Source: a virus. From it: DNA of 64,000 nucleotides. The stretch covers positions 13,805 to 77,804 of IMG/VR virus record IMGVR_UViG_3300036771_000090, one strand, 5' to 3'. Shown in pieces: positions 1-8,312 of this stretch. Below the pieces are notes generated by a model that worked only from the letters and a program-made list of their open reading frames with translations, was not told where the DNA came from and made no database searches. Within the stretch, counting starts at the first letter, position 1, and every line of letters begins with the position of its first letter. Both the position numbers and the translations under genes were made by a program.

Positions 1-343
1 GCGCGTGCTGGCCGGCCAGGGCCCGGGAGCGTGGCCCGTGTGCGGCCCCCGTGCCGGTCTCCACCGCGGCGGAGCGGCCCCGGAAGCCGCGCCGGCGGTC
101 CGCAGCACCGGGAAGCACCGCAAGGCGGCCGGAGCCCCCGTACCGCGCCGCCACAGCGCGCCGCGGACCGCCTCCTCCGCGCGCTCCACGCCCGGCGGCA
201 CGTACACCGTCAGCGCCGGGGACACGCTGTCCGGCATCGCGGAGCAGCACGGCACCGCCTGGCCGGCGCTCTACGCGGTGAACCGCGCGGCCGTCGCGGA
301 CCCCGACCTGATATTCCCCGGCCAGGTGCTCCGCCTCCCGTAA
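1..343 (+). CDS. Rpf-like transglycosylase with C-terminal LysM domain (5'-truncated)
   Basis: QGPGAWPVC (end of Rpf domain); YTVSAGDTLSGIA...N...DPDLIFPGQVLRLP (LysM). Confidence 0.85.
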   Translation, partial: RVLAGQGPGAWPVCGPRAGLHRGGAAPEAAPAVRSTGKHRKAAGAPVPRRHSAPRTASSARSTPGGTYTVSAGDTLSGIAEQHGTAWPALYAVNRAAVADPDLIFPGQVLRLP

Positions 344-386
344 CCTGGACGGCGCGCCGGTCTACGTGGCAGCCGGTGAGAACGGC

Positions 387-421
387 GAAGGGCCCCCGTC
401 CACCGTGGACGGGGGCCCTTC
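387..421 (+). terminator. Perfect hairpin, probable terminator
   Basis: GAAGGGCCCCCGTCCAC-C-GTGGACGGGGGCCCTTC downstream of the LysM gene. Confidence 0.7.
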
Positions 422-704
422 TGCGCTGTCGTACACCCGTGGAACACCCTACAGCGAAGCCCCCGGTGGCCAGACCAGGGGCTTCCCTACTGTGGAGCCA
501 GCAGCAACCAGGAACCACCGTACAACAGCGCCCCCGCGGGCTGCCGGGTCTTCCGCGGAGGCGCTGCTTCCCGGGGTTGGACCGACCCCGGCGGCCGTGA
601 TCGACCGGGAAGCGAGGAACCCGGGACCATGCGGCCACCGACAGCGTAGCGCGGACAGGTCTCCGCAGTAGCCTTATCCCAGTCCACCGAAAGGAAGACC
701 CCCA

Positions 705-1589
705 GTGCCGTACGAGACGTTCCACGAACACACCCACCGCTACACCCCGACGGACCCCCGGCTGGGCCGTCACGTCCGGCACGACAGCCGCAGCGAGCGG
801 TACGCGGTCGGTGTGCTGCCCAAGCGCGCCGTGAAGAAGGTCCGCTGGACGCGCCGCATCCCGATCCTGAACCAGGGCAACCTGGGGAGCTGCACCTTCA
901 ACGCCTTCACCGGCCTCCGCGGTACCGACAACGCGGCCGGTCCGGGGGTCACCTCCATCACCGTCGCCCCGGCGGCTGCGGCCAAGAGCCAGGGCTTCTT
1001 CACCGCCGGGGACCACGTGCTGGATGAGGACTTCGCGGTGGCCGGCTACAGCCTGGAGACCCGGCTGGACAGCTACCCGGGCCAGTACCCGCCCACCGAC
1101 ACCGGCAGTGACGCGCTGGGAGCCATGGCGGCCGGCCAGGCACTGGGCCTGGTGGGTGTCTACCAGCACGCGTTCAGCTACGCCGCGGCCGTCTCCGCGG
1201 TCCAGTCCGGCGGTCTGCTGTGGGGCACGCTCTGGCTCAACTCGATGTTCGACGTGGACAAGAAGGGATACATCAGCGTCATCACGTCGTCCGGGGAAGC
1301 CGGCGGACACGAACTGGTCCTGTCCGGCTACGACCCGGAGAACGACGAATGGACCATGGACAACTCCTGGGACTCCGACTGGGGGCAGGACGGCAGCGCC
1401 AAGATCAAGGGCGTCCAACTGACGTGGCTGCTCTCCCGGGACGGGGACATCACGCTGCCCACCTGGACGACGTCCGTCCCTCCGCAGCCGGTCCCCGATC
1501 CGCCCGTCCCGCCGGTCAGTCCCGCCGTCACGGACGACCAGCTCTGGTCCACCGTCCAGGCGTGGCACGACGGCAAGCAGGCGGCATGA
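705..1589 (+). CDS. Papain-like (C1A-type) cysteine peptidase
   Basis: NQGNLGSCT (Gln/Cys), GGHEL (His), DNSWDSDWGQDG (Asn) motifs. Confidence 0.85.
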   Translation: MPYETFHEHTHRYTPTDPRLGRHVRHDSRSERYAVGVLPKRAVKKVRWTRRIPILNQGNLGSCTFNAFTGLRGTDNAAGPGVTSITVAPAAAAKSQGFFTAGDHVLDEDFAVAGYSLETRLDSYPGQYPPTDTGSDALGAMAAGQALGLVGVYQHAFSYAAAVSAVQSGGLLWGTLWLNSMFDVDKKGYISVITSSGEAGGHELVLSGYDPENDEWTMDNSWDSDWGQDGSAKIKGVQLTWLLSRDGDITLPTWTTSVPPQPVPDPPVPPVSPAVTDDQLWSTVQAWHDGKQAA

Positions 1590-1819
1590 TCAGGAAGAAG
1601 GGTGGTCTGCCGTTCCCCTTCTCGTTCCTGGTGGGCGGTGAGCCGGTGTCCGGCGGTCCCGTCCCGGACGCGCGCAGCGTCACCATCAGCGGGGAAGGGC
1701 TCCAGATCAGCGGATACGGCAAGGACGACGTCCTGGCGATCCTGGTCGTGCTGAAGGACCAGGCCGGCGACGCCTTCCACAGCGTTCCGGACGCGCCCCG
1801 GGAAGGCGGCTACGCGTGA
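1586..1819 (+). CDS. Hypothetical protein
   Basis: ATGA overlap with the upstream gene and GTGA overlap with the downstream gene. Confidence 0.6.
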   Translation: MIRKKGGLPFPFSFLVGGEPVSGGPVPDARSVTISGEGLQISGYGKDDVLAILVVLKDQAGDAFHSVPDAPREGGYA

Positions 1820-2121
1820 ACAGGCACCCGGTGGCCCTGAACGCCTCCGTCCACTACGTCAGCCACGGCACGCCGGTCCAGACCGACGGTAAGCAGGCGT
1901 TCGCATCGGTCTGCCGTGCCGCGGACGTGACGGAGTGCAGCCCGCACGACTGGTTCCGCGTCGGCCTGTGCGTGAAGAACCCCACCGGGTTCTTCTTCCA
2001 CCCGCTGGCCGCCGGAGGATCGGCCCAGGCACCCCAGGACGATGCCACCGGAGGTCTGGCCGTTCTGGTCCCCGGAAGCTGGCACTGGCCCGACCACTGC
2101 CCGAACCAGGAGGGGATGTGA
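1816..2121 (+). CDS. Hypothetical phage protein
   Basis: Coupled ORF; VHYVSHGTP...CRAADVTE...VGLCVKNPTGFFF...GSWHWP. Confidence 0.7.
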   Translation: MNRHPVALNASVHYVSHGTPVQTDGKQAFASVCRAADVTECSPHDWFRVGLCVKNPTGFFFHPLAAGGSAQAPQDDATGGLAVLVPGSWHWPDHCPNQEGM

Positions 2122-3161
2122 CCCGGGTACTGCTCACCGGTGCCGCCGGGTTCGTCGGCTCCCACCTGCTCCGCCATATCCTGGCCACCACGGACTGGGA
2201 TGTGGTGGCCCCGCTGACCTTCCGGCACAAAGGACTTCCGCCCCGGGTCTGGGGATCGGTCAAAGGTCACGACCCGGAGCGCGTCAACGTGATGATGCTG
2301 GACCTGACCGGCCCGGTGGACGCGGTGTCCCGGCGGCTGATGGGGGACGTGGACGTCGTCATGAACGTGGCCAGCCTGAGCCATGTGGACGACTCGATCC
2401 GGCGGCCGGTGGCGTTCGTGGAGAACAACGTCAGCCTGATCCTGAACGCGCTGGAGCTGGCGCGTCACCTGCGGCCGAAGCTCTTCCTCCAGATGAGCAC
2501 CGACGAAGTGTACGGAGCGGCCCCGGCCGGCCGGGACGCGGAGGAGTGGTCCGCCATCGAGCCGTCCAATCCGTACAGCGCCAGCAAGGCGGCCCAGGAA
2601 GCGATTGCGTACAGCTACTGGCGCACCTTCGGGGTTCCACTGGTGATCACCAACACCATGAACATCTTCGGGGAGATGCAGGGACCGGAGAAGTTCGTTC
2701 CCAAGATCATGAACAAGCTGCTGGCCGGGGAGTCGGTGCCTGTGCACGCGTCCCCCGACGGAGTACCCGGCAGCCGCTTCTACCTCCACGCGCGCAACCT
2801 GGCCGACGCCTGGGTGTGGCTGGCGCGCCGGTACCTGGACGGCTGGCCGGCGTCGCGCCCGGCCGCCTACACCAGCGGGGACGTCCGGCCCGACCGCTTC
2901 AACATCGTCGGGGAGCTGGAGGTGGACAACGTCCGCATGGTCGGCGCGGTGGCGTCCGCCATCACGTCGTACAACGGCCGGCAGGTGAAGCCGGTCTGGC
3001 ACCTGGAGGACTTCCACTCCAGCCGACCCGGCCATGATCTGCGGTACGCGCTGGACGGCAGCAAACTGGCCGCGGAGGGCTGGTCCGCGCCGCTCGACTT
3101 CACCACGTCCCTGGAGCGGACCGTTCACTGGACGCTCGATCATCCGGAGTGGCTGGAGTGA
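2118..3161 (+). CDS. NAD-dependent sugar dehydratase (dTDP-glucose 4,6-dehydratase/RmlB-like)
   Basis: TGAAGFVGSH, ASLSHVDDSI, STDEVYG, PYSASKA, RPGHDLRYALD; GTG start after an AGGAGG RBS. Confidence 0.9.
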   Translation: MTRVLLTGAAGFVGSHLLRHILATTDWDVVAPLTFRHKGLPPRVWGSVKGHDPERVNVMMLDLTGPVDAVSRRLMGDVDVVMNVASLSHVDDSIRRPVAFVENNVSLILNALELARHLRPKLFLQMSTDEVYGAAPAGRDAEEWSAIEPSNPYSASKAAQEAIAYSYWRTFGVPLVITNTMNIFGEMQGPEKFVPKIMNKLLAGESVPVHASPDGVPGSRFYLHARNLADAWVWLARRYLDGWPASRPAAYTSGDVRPDRFNIVGELEVDNVRMVGAVASAITSYNGRQVKPVWHLEDFHSSRPGHDLRYALDGSKLAAEGWSAPLDFTTSLERTVHWTLDHPEWLE

Positions 3162-3373
3162 GCAGCAACCCGAACAGCGTGTTCGCCCGGCCGGACGTCC
3201 AGGTGGCCGTGATGTCCGGCCGGGCGCTGATGGACGCCCTGGACGTGGTGAACTACCTGGAATCGCTGGCCGTCATCCTGGACCGGGACAGCCACGCGCT
3301 GGCCGCGGAAGTGGTCCGCCAGGACGCGGCCACGCTGAAGGAACGGATGGCCGGGGACTTCCGGCTCCAGTGA
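3158..3373 (+). CDS. Hypothetical protein
   Basis: GTGA-coupled helical ORF before the terminase. Confidence 0.55.
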   Translation: MSSNPNSVFARPDVQVAVMSGRALMDALDVVNYLESLAVILDRDSHALAAEVVRQDAATLKERMAGDFRLQ

Positions 3374-3386
3374 GCAGGGGGCACGG

Positions 3387-4802
3387 ATGACGACGGACGC
3401 ACAGCGCGTGGCCGCCGGAGCGGCGCGGCACCTGGCGCGCGGCATGGCCTCCACGCGCTGGCGTCCACTCCCCCACCAGATTCCGCCGGCGGAGCGGTTC
3501 TACGGCTGGTTGATACTGGCCGGACGCGGCGCCGGCAAGACGGACGCGTGCGCGGAGTACATGGTCCAGCACGTCAAGGGACCGCCGTGTCTGCCCGGTC
3601 CCACTCCGCACTGGATGGCGATCATCGCCCCGACGCTGGGTGACGCGGCCACGTCCTGCTACTCCGGTCCGTCGGGGATACGCGCGCACGACCCTTCCGC
3701 GCAGATGGTCACCGTCAAGGGGGGCACCATCGTGCGCTGGCCCAACGGGTCGGAGGCGAAACTGTTCGGCGCGCACACGGAGGAGGAGACGGACCGGCTC
3801 CGCTCCGGCGGCAACCGGTGCCTGGCCTGGCTGGAGGAGCTGGCCGCCTGGCGTTACCTGGATGACGCCTGGGCACAGATGCGCTTCGGTCTGCGCGTCG
3901 GGCCGCATCCGCACTGGATCGGCTCCACCACTCCGAAGACCCGGCCGCTGATCAAGCGCTTCCACGCCGGGCAGGTGCCGAACGTCGTGGTCACGCGGGG
4001 CTCGATGTACGACAACCCCCACCTGGCCCAGGAAGTCCGCGACGCGCTGGAGGAGGAGTACGCCGGCACCCCGATGGGCCGCCAGGAACTGCTGGGTCTG
4101 CTGATCGAAGAGGATGAGAACGCGCTGTGGACCCATGCCGCCATCAACGCGACCCGGGTCCGGCCGTCGGATCTTCCCGACCTGGGCCGCATCTCGGTGG
4201 GGGTGGACCCGTCCGGCGGCGCCGGGGAGCAGGGCATCATCGTGGCCGGCAAGTCGAAGCTGGCGCTTCCTCCGGTGCGGATGCCGGACCTCCCGGAACT
4301 GGCCGATGCGCCGGCCCAGGTGATGACGCCGCGCCACCGCGGCTTCGTGCTCGATGACCGTACCGTCCACCTGAAGCCGGAAGGCTGGGGGCAGCGCGCG
4401 GTACAGGCGGCCATCGACTGGGAAGCGGATGAGATCTTCGTGGAGGTGAACTACGGCGGGGACATGTGCGTGTCCACGATCGCCTCCGCCATGGAGGCGG
4501 CCGGCGTGGCGATCCCCATCCGCAAGGTGCGCGCCACACGTGGCAAGGCGATCCGCGCGCAGCCGGTCAGCGCACTGAACTACCAGGGTGCGTGGAGCCA
4601 TGCCGGGACCTTCGAAGCGCTGGAGGACCAGATGACGACCTGGTACCCGGAGCTGGACTGGTCCCCCGACCGTCTGGACGGCTCCGTGTGGAACGCGCAC
4701 GGGCTGAAACTGGTCCGTGCGCAGGTCAGGGGCAAGGGCTCTTTTGGTGGTTCAATGGGACAAAAGCAAATGCCGATGCCAGGAAGATCCCACCTGCCAT
4801 GA
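3387..4802 (+). CDS. Terminase large subunit
   Basis: Walker A GRGAGKT, Walker B WLEE, STTPK, nuclease motifs VGVDP and SPDRLD. Confidence 0.93.
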   Translation: MTTDAQRVAAGAARHLARGMASTRWRPLPHQIPPAERFYGWLILAGRGAGKTDACAEYMVQHVKGPPCLPGPTPHWMAIIAPTLGDAATSCYSGPSGIRAHDPSAQMVTVKGGTIVRWPNGSEAKLFGAHTEEETDRLRSGGNRCLAWLEELAAWRYLDDAWAQMRFGLRVGPHPHWIGSTTPKTRPLIKRFHAGQVPNVVVTRGSMYDNPHLAQEVRDALEEEYAGTPMGRQELLGLLIEEDENALWTHAAINATRVRPSDLPDLGRISVGVDPSGGAGEQGIIVAGKSKLALPPVRMPDLPELADAPAQVMTPRHRGFVLDDRTVHLKPEGWGQRAVQAAIDWEADEIFVEVNYGGDMCVSTIASAMEAAGVAIPIRKVRATRGKAIRAQPVSALNYQGAWSHAGTFEALEDQMTTWYPELDWSPDRLDGSVWNAHGLKLVRAQVRGKGSFGGSMGQKQMPMPGRSHLP

Positions 4803-4972
4803 TCGCTATCCCCGTAACCGTCCTGTTAGCCCTGGTCCTGGCCGCGCTGGTCTTCGAGCGTGGCCGCTTCACGGTGATCATTGCCGTACTGTCCGTCGTC
4901 ATCGGCCTTCTGCTGGCCCAGACCGCCGTTGGCCGCTTCATGTCCGACGTGCTCCACACCTTCGGGCTCTGA
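4799..4972 (+). CDS. Small two-TM membrane protein containing a TTA codon
   Basis: MIAIPVTVLLALVLAALV...IIAVLSVVIGLLLAQT; in-frame TTA at 4826-4828. Confidence 0.65.
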   Translation: MIAIPVTVLLALVLAALVFERGRFTVIIAVLSVVIGLLLAQTAVGRFMSDVLHTFGL

Positions 4973-5023
4973 CGCGCGGTATCTTCCTTTTGTGGGACCA
5001 GTCGAACAAAAGGAAGAGGCGTC

Positions 5024-5443
5024 ATGACCACACCCAGAAGGGTGACTGCCGATCCGGCGGCCACCGCCAGCGCAGTCCTGATCTTCGGCCGGGAGCCGGC
5101 GCTGTTCTTCGCCGTGCTCAGCTCCGTACTCGGGACCGTGGTGGCCACCGGAGCCACCGGGCTCACCACCGACCAGGCCGGCACCATCACCGCGGCAGCA
5201 TCCGCCGTGTTCGCCGCGATCACCGCGCTGTTCACCCGGCCGGTGGCGCCGGCCGCGTTCACCGGCGCCTTCGCGGCCGTCGTCACCGTACTGGCCGCGT
5301 TCCACTTCAACCTCTCCCCGGAGCTGGTCGGAGCGGGCAACGGATTCATCACGGCGGTACTGCTGTTCGCCACCCGCGGGCACGTCTCCCCGACCACCGT
5401 CCGGGGCGAAGTCGTCCGCCCGAAGGCACTGCACGGAGCCTGA
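5024..5443 (+). CDS. Four-TM membrane protein, holin-like
   Basis: IFGREPALF N-terminus, hydrophobic helices, RGHVSP C-terminus. Confidence 0.65.
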   Translation: MTTPRRVTADPAATASAVLIFGREPALFFAVLSSVLGTVVATGATGLTTDQAGTITAAASAVFAAITALFTRPVAPAAFTGAFAAVVTVLAAFHFNLSPELVGAGNGFITAVLLFATRGHVSPTTVRGEVVRPKALHGA

Positions 5444-5642
5444 GTGCTCCGGCGTCTGCTGAGCTGGCTGGGTGTCCGGCGGCACCCGGCCAGCGTCCCG
5501 GAGGACATCCGCCGCACTCCCGGTCCTGAACGGCAGGACTGGTACAGCCGGGGATGGCGGATCAGGTGATCATTCGCTGGTACCGGAGATGGGCCCGGCG
5601 CCGTGCTGCGCGCCGGGTCCGCGATCTGAAGAGGAACTGGAC

Positions 5643-6089
5643 ATGATGCCGCTCTGGCTGGCGTACCTGCTCTGTGTTGCCGCGGTCTACCGGCTGACCC
5701 GGCTGGCCGTCAAAGACGACTTCCCGCCCGTGCTGTGGCTGCGCGATCGGCTGGCCGGCGGCTGGCGGCCACTCACCGCGGCGGAGCGCGCGCAGCTCTC
5801 CGCCGATCCGCTCCGCTCCGCGGTGTCCTGGGCCGGGGACGTACAGGACATCGACCACCAGGACGGCAACGGGAAGACCGCCAGCCGGTACGCACGCCGG
5901 ATGGCCTGGGTGCCGGAGTGGCTGGCCGACCTGGTGAGCTGTCCGTGGTGCGCGTCGGGCTGGATCGCACTGGCCGTCACGGCGTACGCCTGGGCCGCGC
6001 TGGACTGGTTCGGCTGGACCCTGGCGCTGCTGTGGTGGATGGCGGTCTGGGCCGGCGCATCCCTGATCGCGTCGAAAAGGTGGGCCTGA
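5643..6089 (+). CDS. DUF1360-like membrane protein
   Basis: AVYRLTRLAVKDDFPP...LVSCPWCASGW motif. Confidence 0.8.
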   Translation: MMPLWLAYLLCVAAVYRLTRLAVKDDFPPVLWLRDRLAGGWRPLTAAERAQLSADPLRSAVSWAGDVQDIDHQDGNGKTASRYARRMAWVPEWLADLVSCPWCASGWIALAVTAYAWAALDWFGWTLALLWWMAVWAGASLIASKRWA

Positions 6090-6457
6090 TGACGTCGTAC
6101 TGGATCTTCCTGGGCATGGTCGCGGGTTCGTCCCTTACCCACCTGAGCTACCGCATGTGGGCCCGCGGCGCGGACGTCTTCCGCTTCCGGACGCTGCTCC
6201 ACGCCACCCGGGCACTGCCCGGAGGAACGGTGCTGTCCATCGGATACCCGTCCGGCGCCCGGGAGGTATTCGTCAAGCCGGGTGGCCAGGACCACATCAG
6301 GCCGGCGGACGCCGGTCTGGGTACGGCGATGGGAACGGTGGCCGGTGAGCTGGTCAACGCGGCCAACCGAGTCACCGAACTGTACGCGCAGCACGAAGGC
6401 CGGGACGTCCCGGCCGCGGACGTGATGAAAGCCCTGAGAGGAAGCGAGGAAGCATGA
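6089..6457 (+). CDS. Hypothetical protein with N-terminal hydrophobic segment
   Basis: TGATG coupling. Confidence 0.55.
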   Translation: MTSYWIFLGMVAGSSLTHLSYRMWARGADVFRFRTLLHATRALPGGTVLSIGYPSGAREVFVKPGGQDHIRPADAGLGTAMGTVAGELVNAANRVTELYAQHEGRDVPAADVMKALRGSEEA

Positions 6458-6717
6458 GCACACCCCAGCAGCCGATCCCCTACGACCCCGGCAACGCTCT
6501 TCTGGGACCGCAGCCGGCGGAGATGACGCTGTCTCTGGTGAACACTCCGGCCGGCCAGCAGATGGCCATGACGATCCGGACGTCCACCACTACGCTGACG
6601 GTCTTCCTGGCGAAGGACTCCGGGGAGCAGTGGCGGGACCAGCTATCCGCCATGCTGGCCCAGATGAACGGCCTGATCCTTCCGCCGTCCGCTGTGAACG
6701 GAGCACACCGTGGCTGA
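6454..6717 (+). CDS. Hypothetical protein
   Basis: Coupled ORF with RBS. Confidence 0.65.
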   Translation: MSTPQQPIPYDPGNALLGPQPAEMTLSLVNTPAGQQMAMTIRTSTTTLTVFLAKDSGEQWRDQLSAMLAQMNGLILPPSAVNGAHRG

Positions 6718-7327
6718 ATGGCGGCTGACCGAAGAGCTGGTTCCGTACGTCTCCACCGCGGAGTTCCACCAGGACCGGGAGCGCGCTCCGCACCTGGAAC
6801 AGGAGTGGCACCGGCCCCGGCTGGAGACGGCCGCTTCCTTCGTCCGGGAGATCGCGGCGAAGTGGCCGCGGGATGAGCGGATGCCGACGGTCTCCGACCT
6901 GGGATGCGGAGACGGGGGTCTGCTGTCGCTGCTGAAGGACTGCCCCGACATCATCGCGGCCTGGGGGTACGACTTCTCCCCCGCCAACGCGGCTGGCTGG
7001 ACGGAGCGCGGCGTCAACGCCCGTGCGCTGGACGTCTTCAGAGCCGACTGGCACCGGGTGCACCCGGGTTCCATCGTCGTCATGACCGAAGTCCTGGAGC
7101 ACATCGCGGAACCGCACAGCGTGCTGACCCGGCTGTCCATGAACAGGCTGACCCGCTACCTGGTGTGCTCCAGCCCGCGCAACGAACGTCCCGGCAACCA
7201 CAGCCCGGAGCACGCCTGGGCCTGGGACATGGACGGGTACGCGGACATGATCAGGGGAGCGGGCTGGAGGATCGAGCGCCACCAGGGCGTCGGCCTGTTC
7301 CAGGTCGTGATGGCCAGTTCTGTCTGA
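6710..7327 (+). CDS. Class I SAM-dependent methyltransferase
   Basis: SDLGCGDGGLL, EVLEHI, HAWAWD. Confidence 0.85.
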   Translation: MAEWRLTEELVPYVSTAEFHQDRERAPHLEQEWHRPRLETAASFVREIAAKWPRDERMPTVSDLGCGDGGLLSLLKDCPDIIAAWGYDFSPANAAGWTERGVNARALDVFRADWHRVHPGSIVVMTEVLEHIAEPHSVLTRLSMNRLTRYLVCSSPRNERPGNHSPEHAWAWDMDGYADMIRGAGWRIERHQGVGLFQVVMASSV

Positions 7328-7347
7328 TCATCGTTCATGATGATCCG

Positions 7348-7656
7348 GTGAACAGACTGTTGTTGATCGTTAAAGCTGCTGCACCCGCGGCCGATCCGGT
7401 CACGAACACACTGATCCAGTACGGCGCCATCGGGGTCATCGCCACGATGGCGCTTGCTGCTGTCCGGGTACTTTTCGGCCGGATGGCTGCCGCGCTGGAC
7501 CGGGAGACAGCACGTGCGGACCGGCTGGAAGAAGAACTGCGGCGGCTGAACGAGACGATCCGCACGGAGTACACCGCTACGATTGCCCGGACCACACAGG
7601 CTGTAGCAGACGCGAATCGAGCGGTAGCCGACATGGCCGCGCGCCGCAGGAGTTGA
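7348..7656 (+). CDS. Membrane-anchored coiled-coil protein (lysis-accessory-like)
   Basis: QYGAIGVIATMAL TM followed by RETARADRLEEELRRLN. Confidence 0.6.
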   Translation: MNRLLLIVKAAAPAADPVTNTLIQYGAIGVIATMALAAVRVLFGRMAAALDRETARADRLEEELRRLNETIRTEYTATIARTTQAVADANRAVADMAARRRS

Positions 7657-7662
7657 TCCCCG

Positions 7663-7836
7663 ATGGCGAATAGTCCGACGGACCGCCTGGTGGCGGAATC
7701 CGAACGGCTGCGCGAATGGCTGTCGAACATGGCCGGGGAACTTCGGACCTTTGCTGACGAACTAGACCATGAAGTACGTGAGCTGCGGGAGGGAGAGCAC
7801 CGTGACGACCCCGGAGAACGACGAACGGCTGAATGA
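7663..7836 (+). CDS. Small helical protein (57 aa)
   Basis: Manually translated MANSPTDRLVAESERLREWL...; fills the gap between genes. Confidence 0.5.
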   Translation: MANSPTDRLVAESERLREWLSNMAGELRTFADELDHEVRELREGEHRDDPGERRTAE

Positions 7837-8245
7837 GCTGATCGACATCGGCGCCCGGCTGCTGGGGGAGATCGAGTCCTTCACCCAGGAAGGCGGCCGG
7901 CAGTTCGTCTCCCTGGCCCAGCGTGCGCGGACCAACCGGCGCATGATCACGGTAATCGGTGTCTCCCTCCTCCTGGACGTCGTTCTGACCGTTGCGACGG
8001 TCTTCGGCTGGGTCGCGGTGTCCCGGAACGAACACCGGATCACCACGCTGACGGAGCGCCTGGACATCGCGCAGACCGTCCAGCGCCAGAAGGCACTCTG
8101 TCCGCTGTACCAGCTCCTCCTGGACTCGAAGTCCGCGGCCGGGCGCGCCGCTGCTCCCGATCCGGCCGCCTACGATCACGCCTTCAAGGTCATCAGCGAC
8201 GGGTACGGCGTGCTGGAGTGCAGCGCCTTCATCAGCGGCCAGTAA
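7802..8245 (+). CDS. Single-TM membrane protein (lysis-accessory-like)
   Basis: RRMITVIGVSLLLDVVLTV TM; LCPLY and terminal Cys. Confidence 0.6.
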   Translation: MTTPENDERLNELIDIGARLLGEIESFTQEGGRQFVSLAQRARTNRRMITVIGVSLLLDVVLTVATVFGWVAVSRNEHRITTLTERLDIAQTVQRQKALCPLYQLLLDSKSAAGRAAAPDPAAYDHAFKVISDGYGVLECSAFISGQ

Positions 8246-8312
8246 CCGGCCATCCAGTTCTCCGGCTTCCGGCCGCTATCATCAGCCGCAGGTGACAGCG
8301 GGAGGCGCGCGC

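Noticed and set aside
430-700. cos/pac site or ncRNA in the hairpin-rich gap before the protease
   Set aside because: Hairpins and a CAGCAGCAACCAGGAACC leader-like motif are present, but nothing diagnostic; read termini are needed
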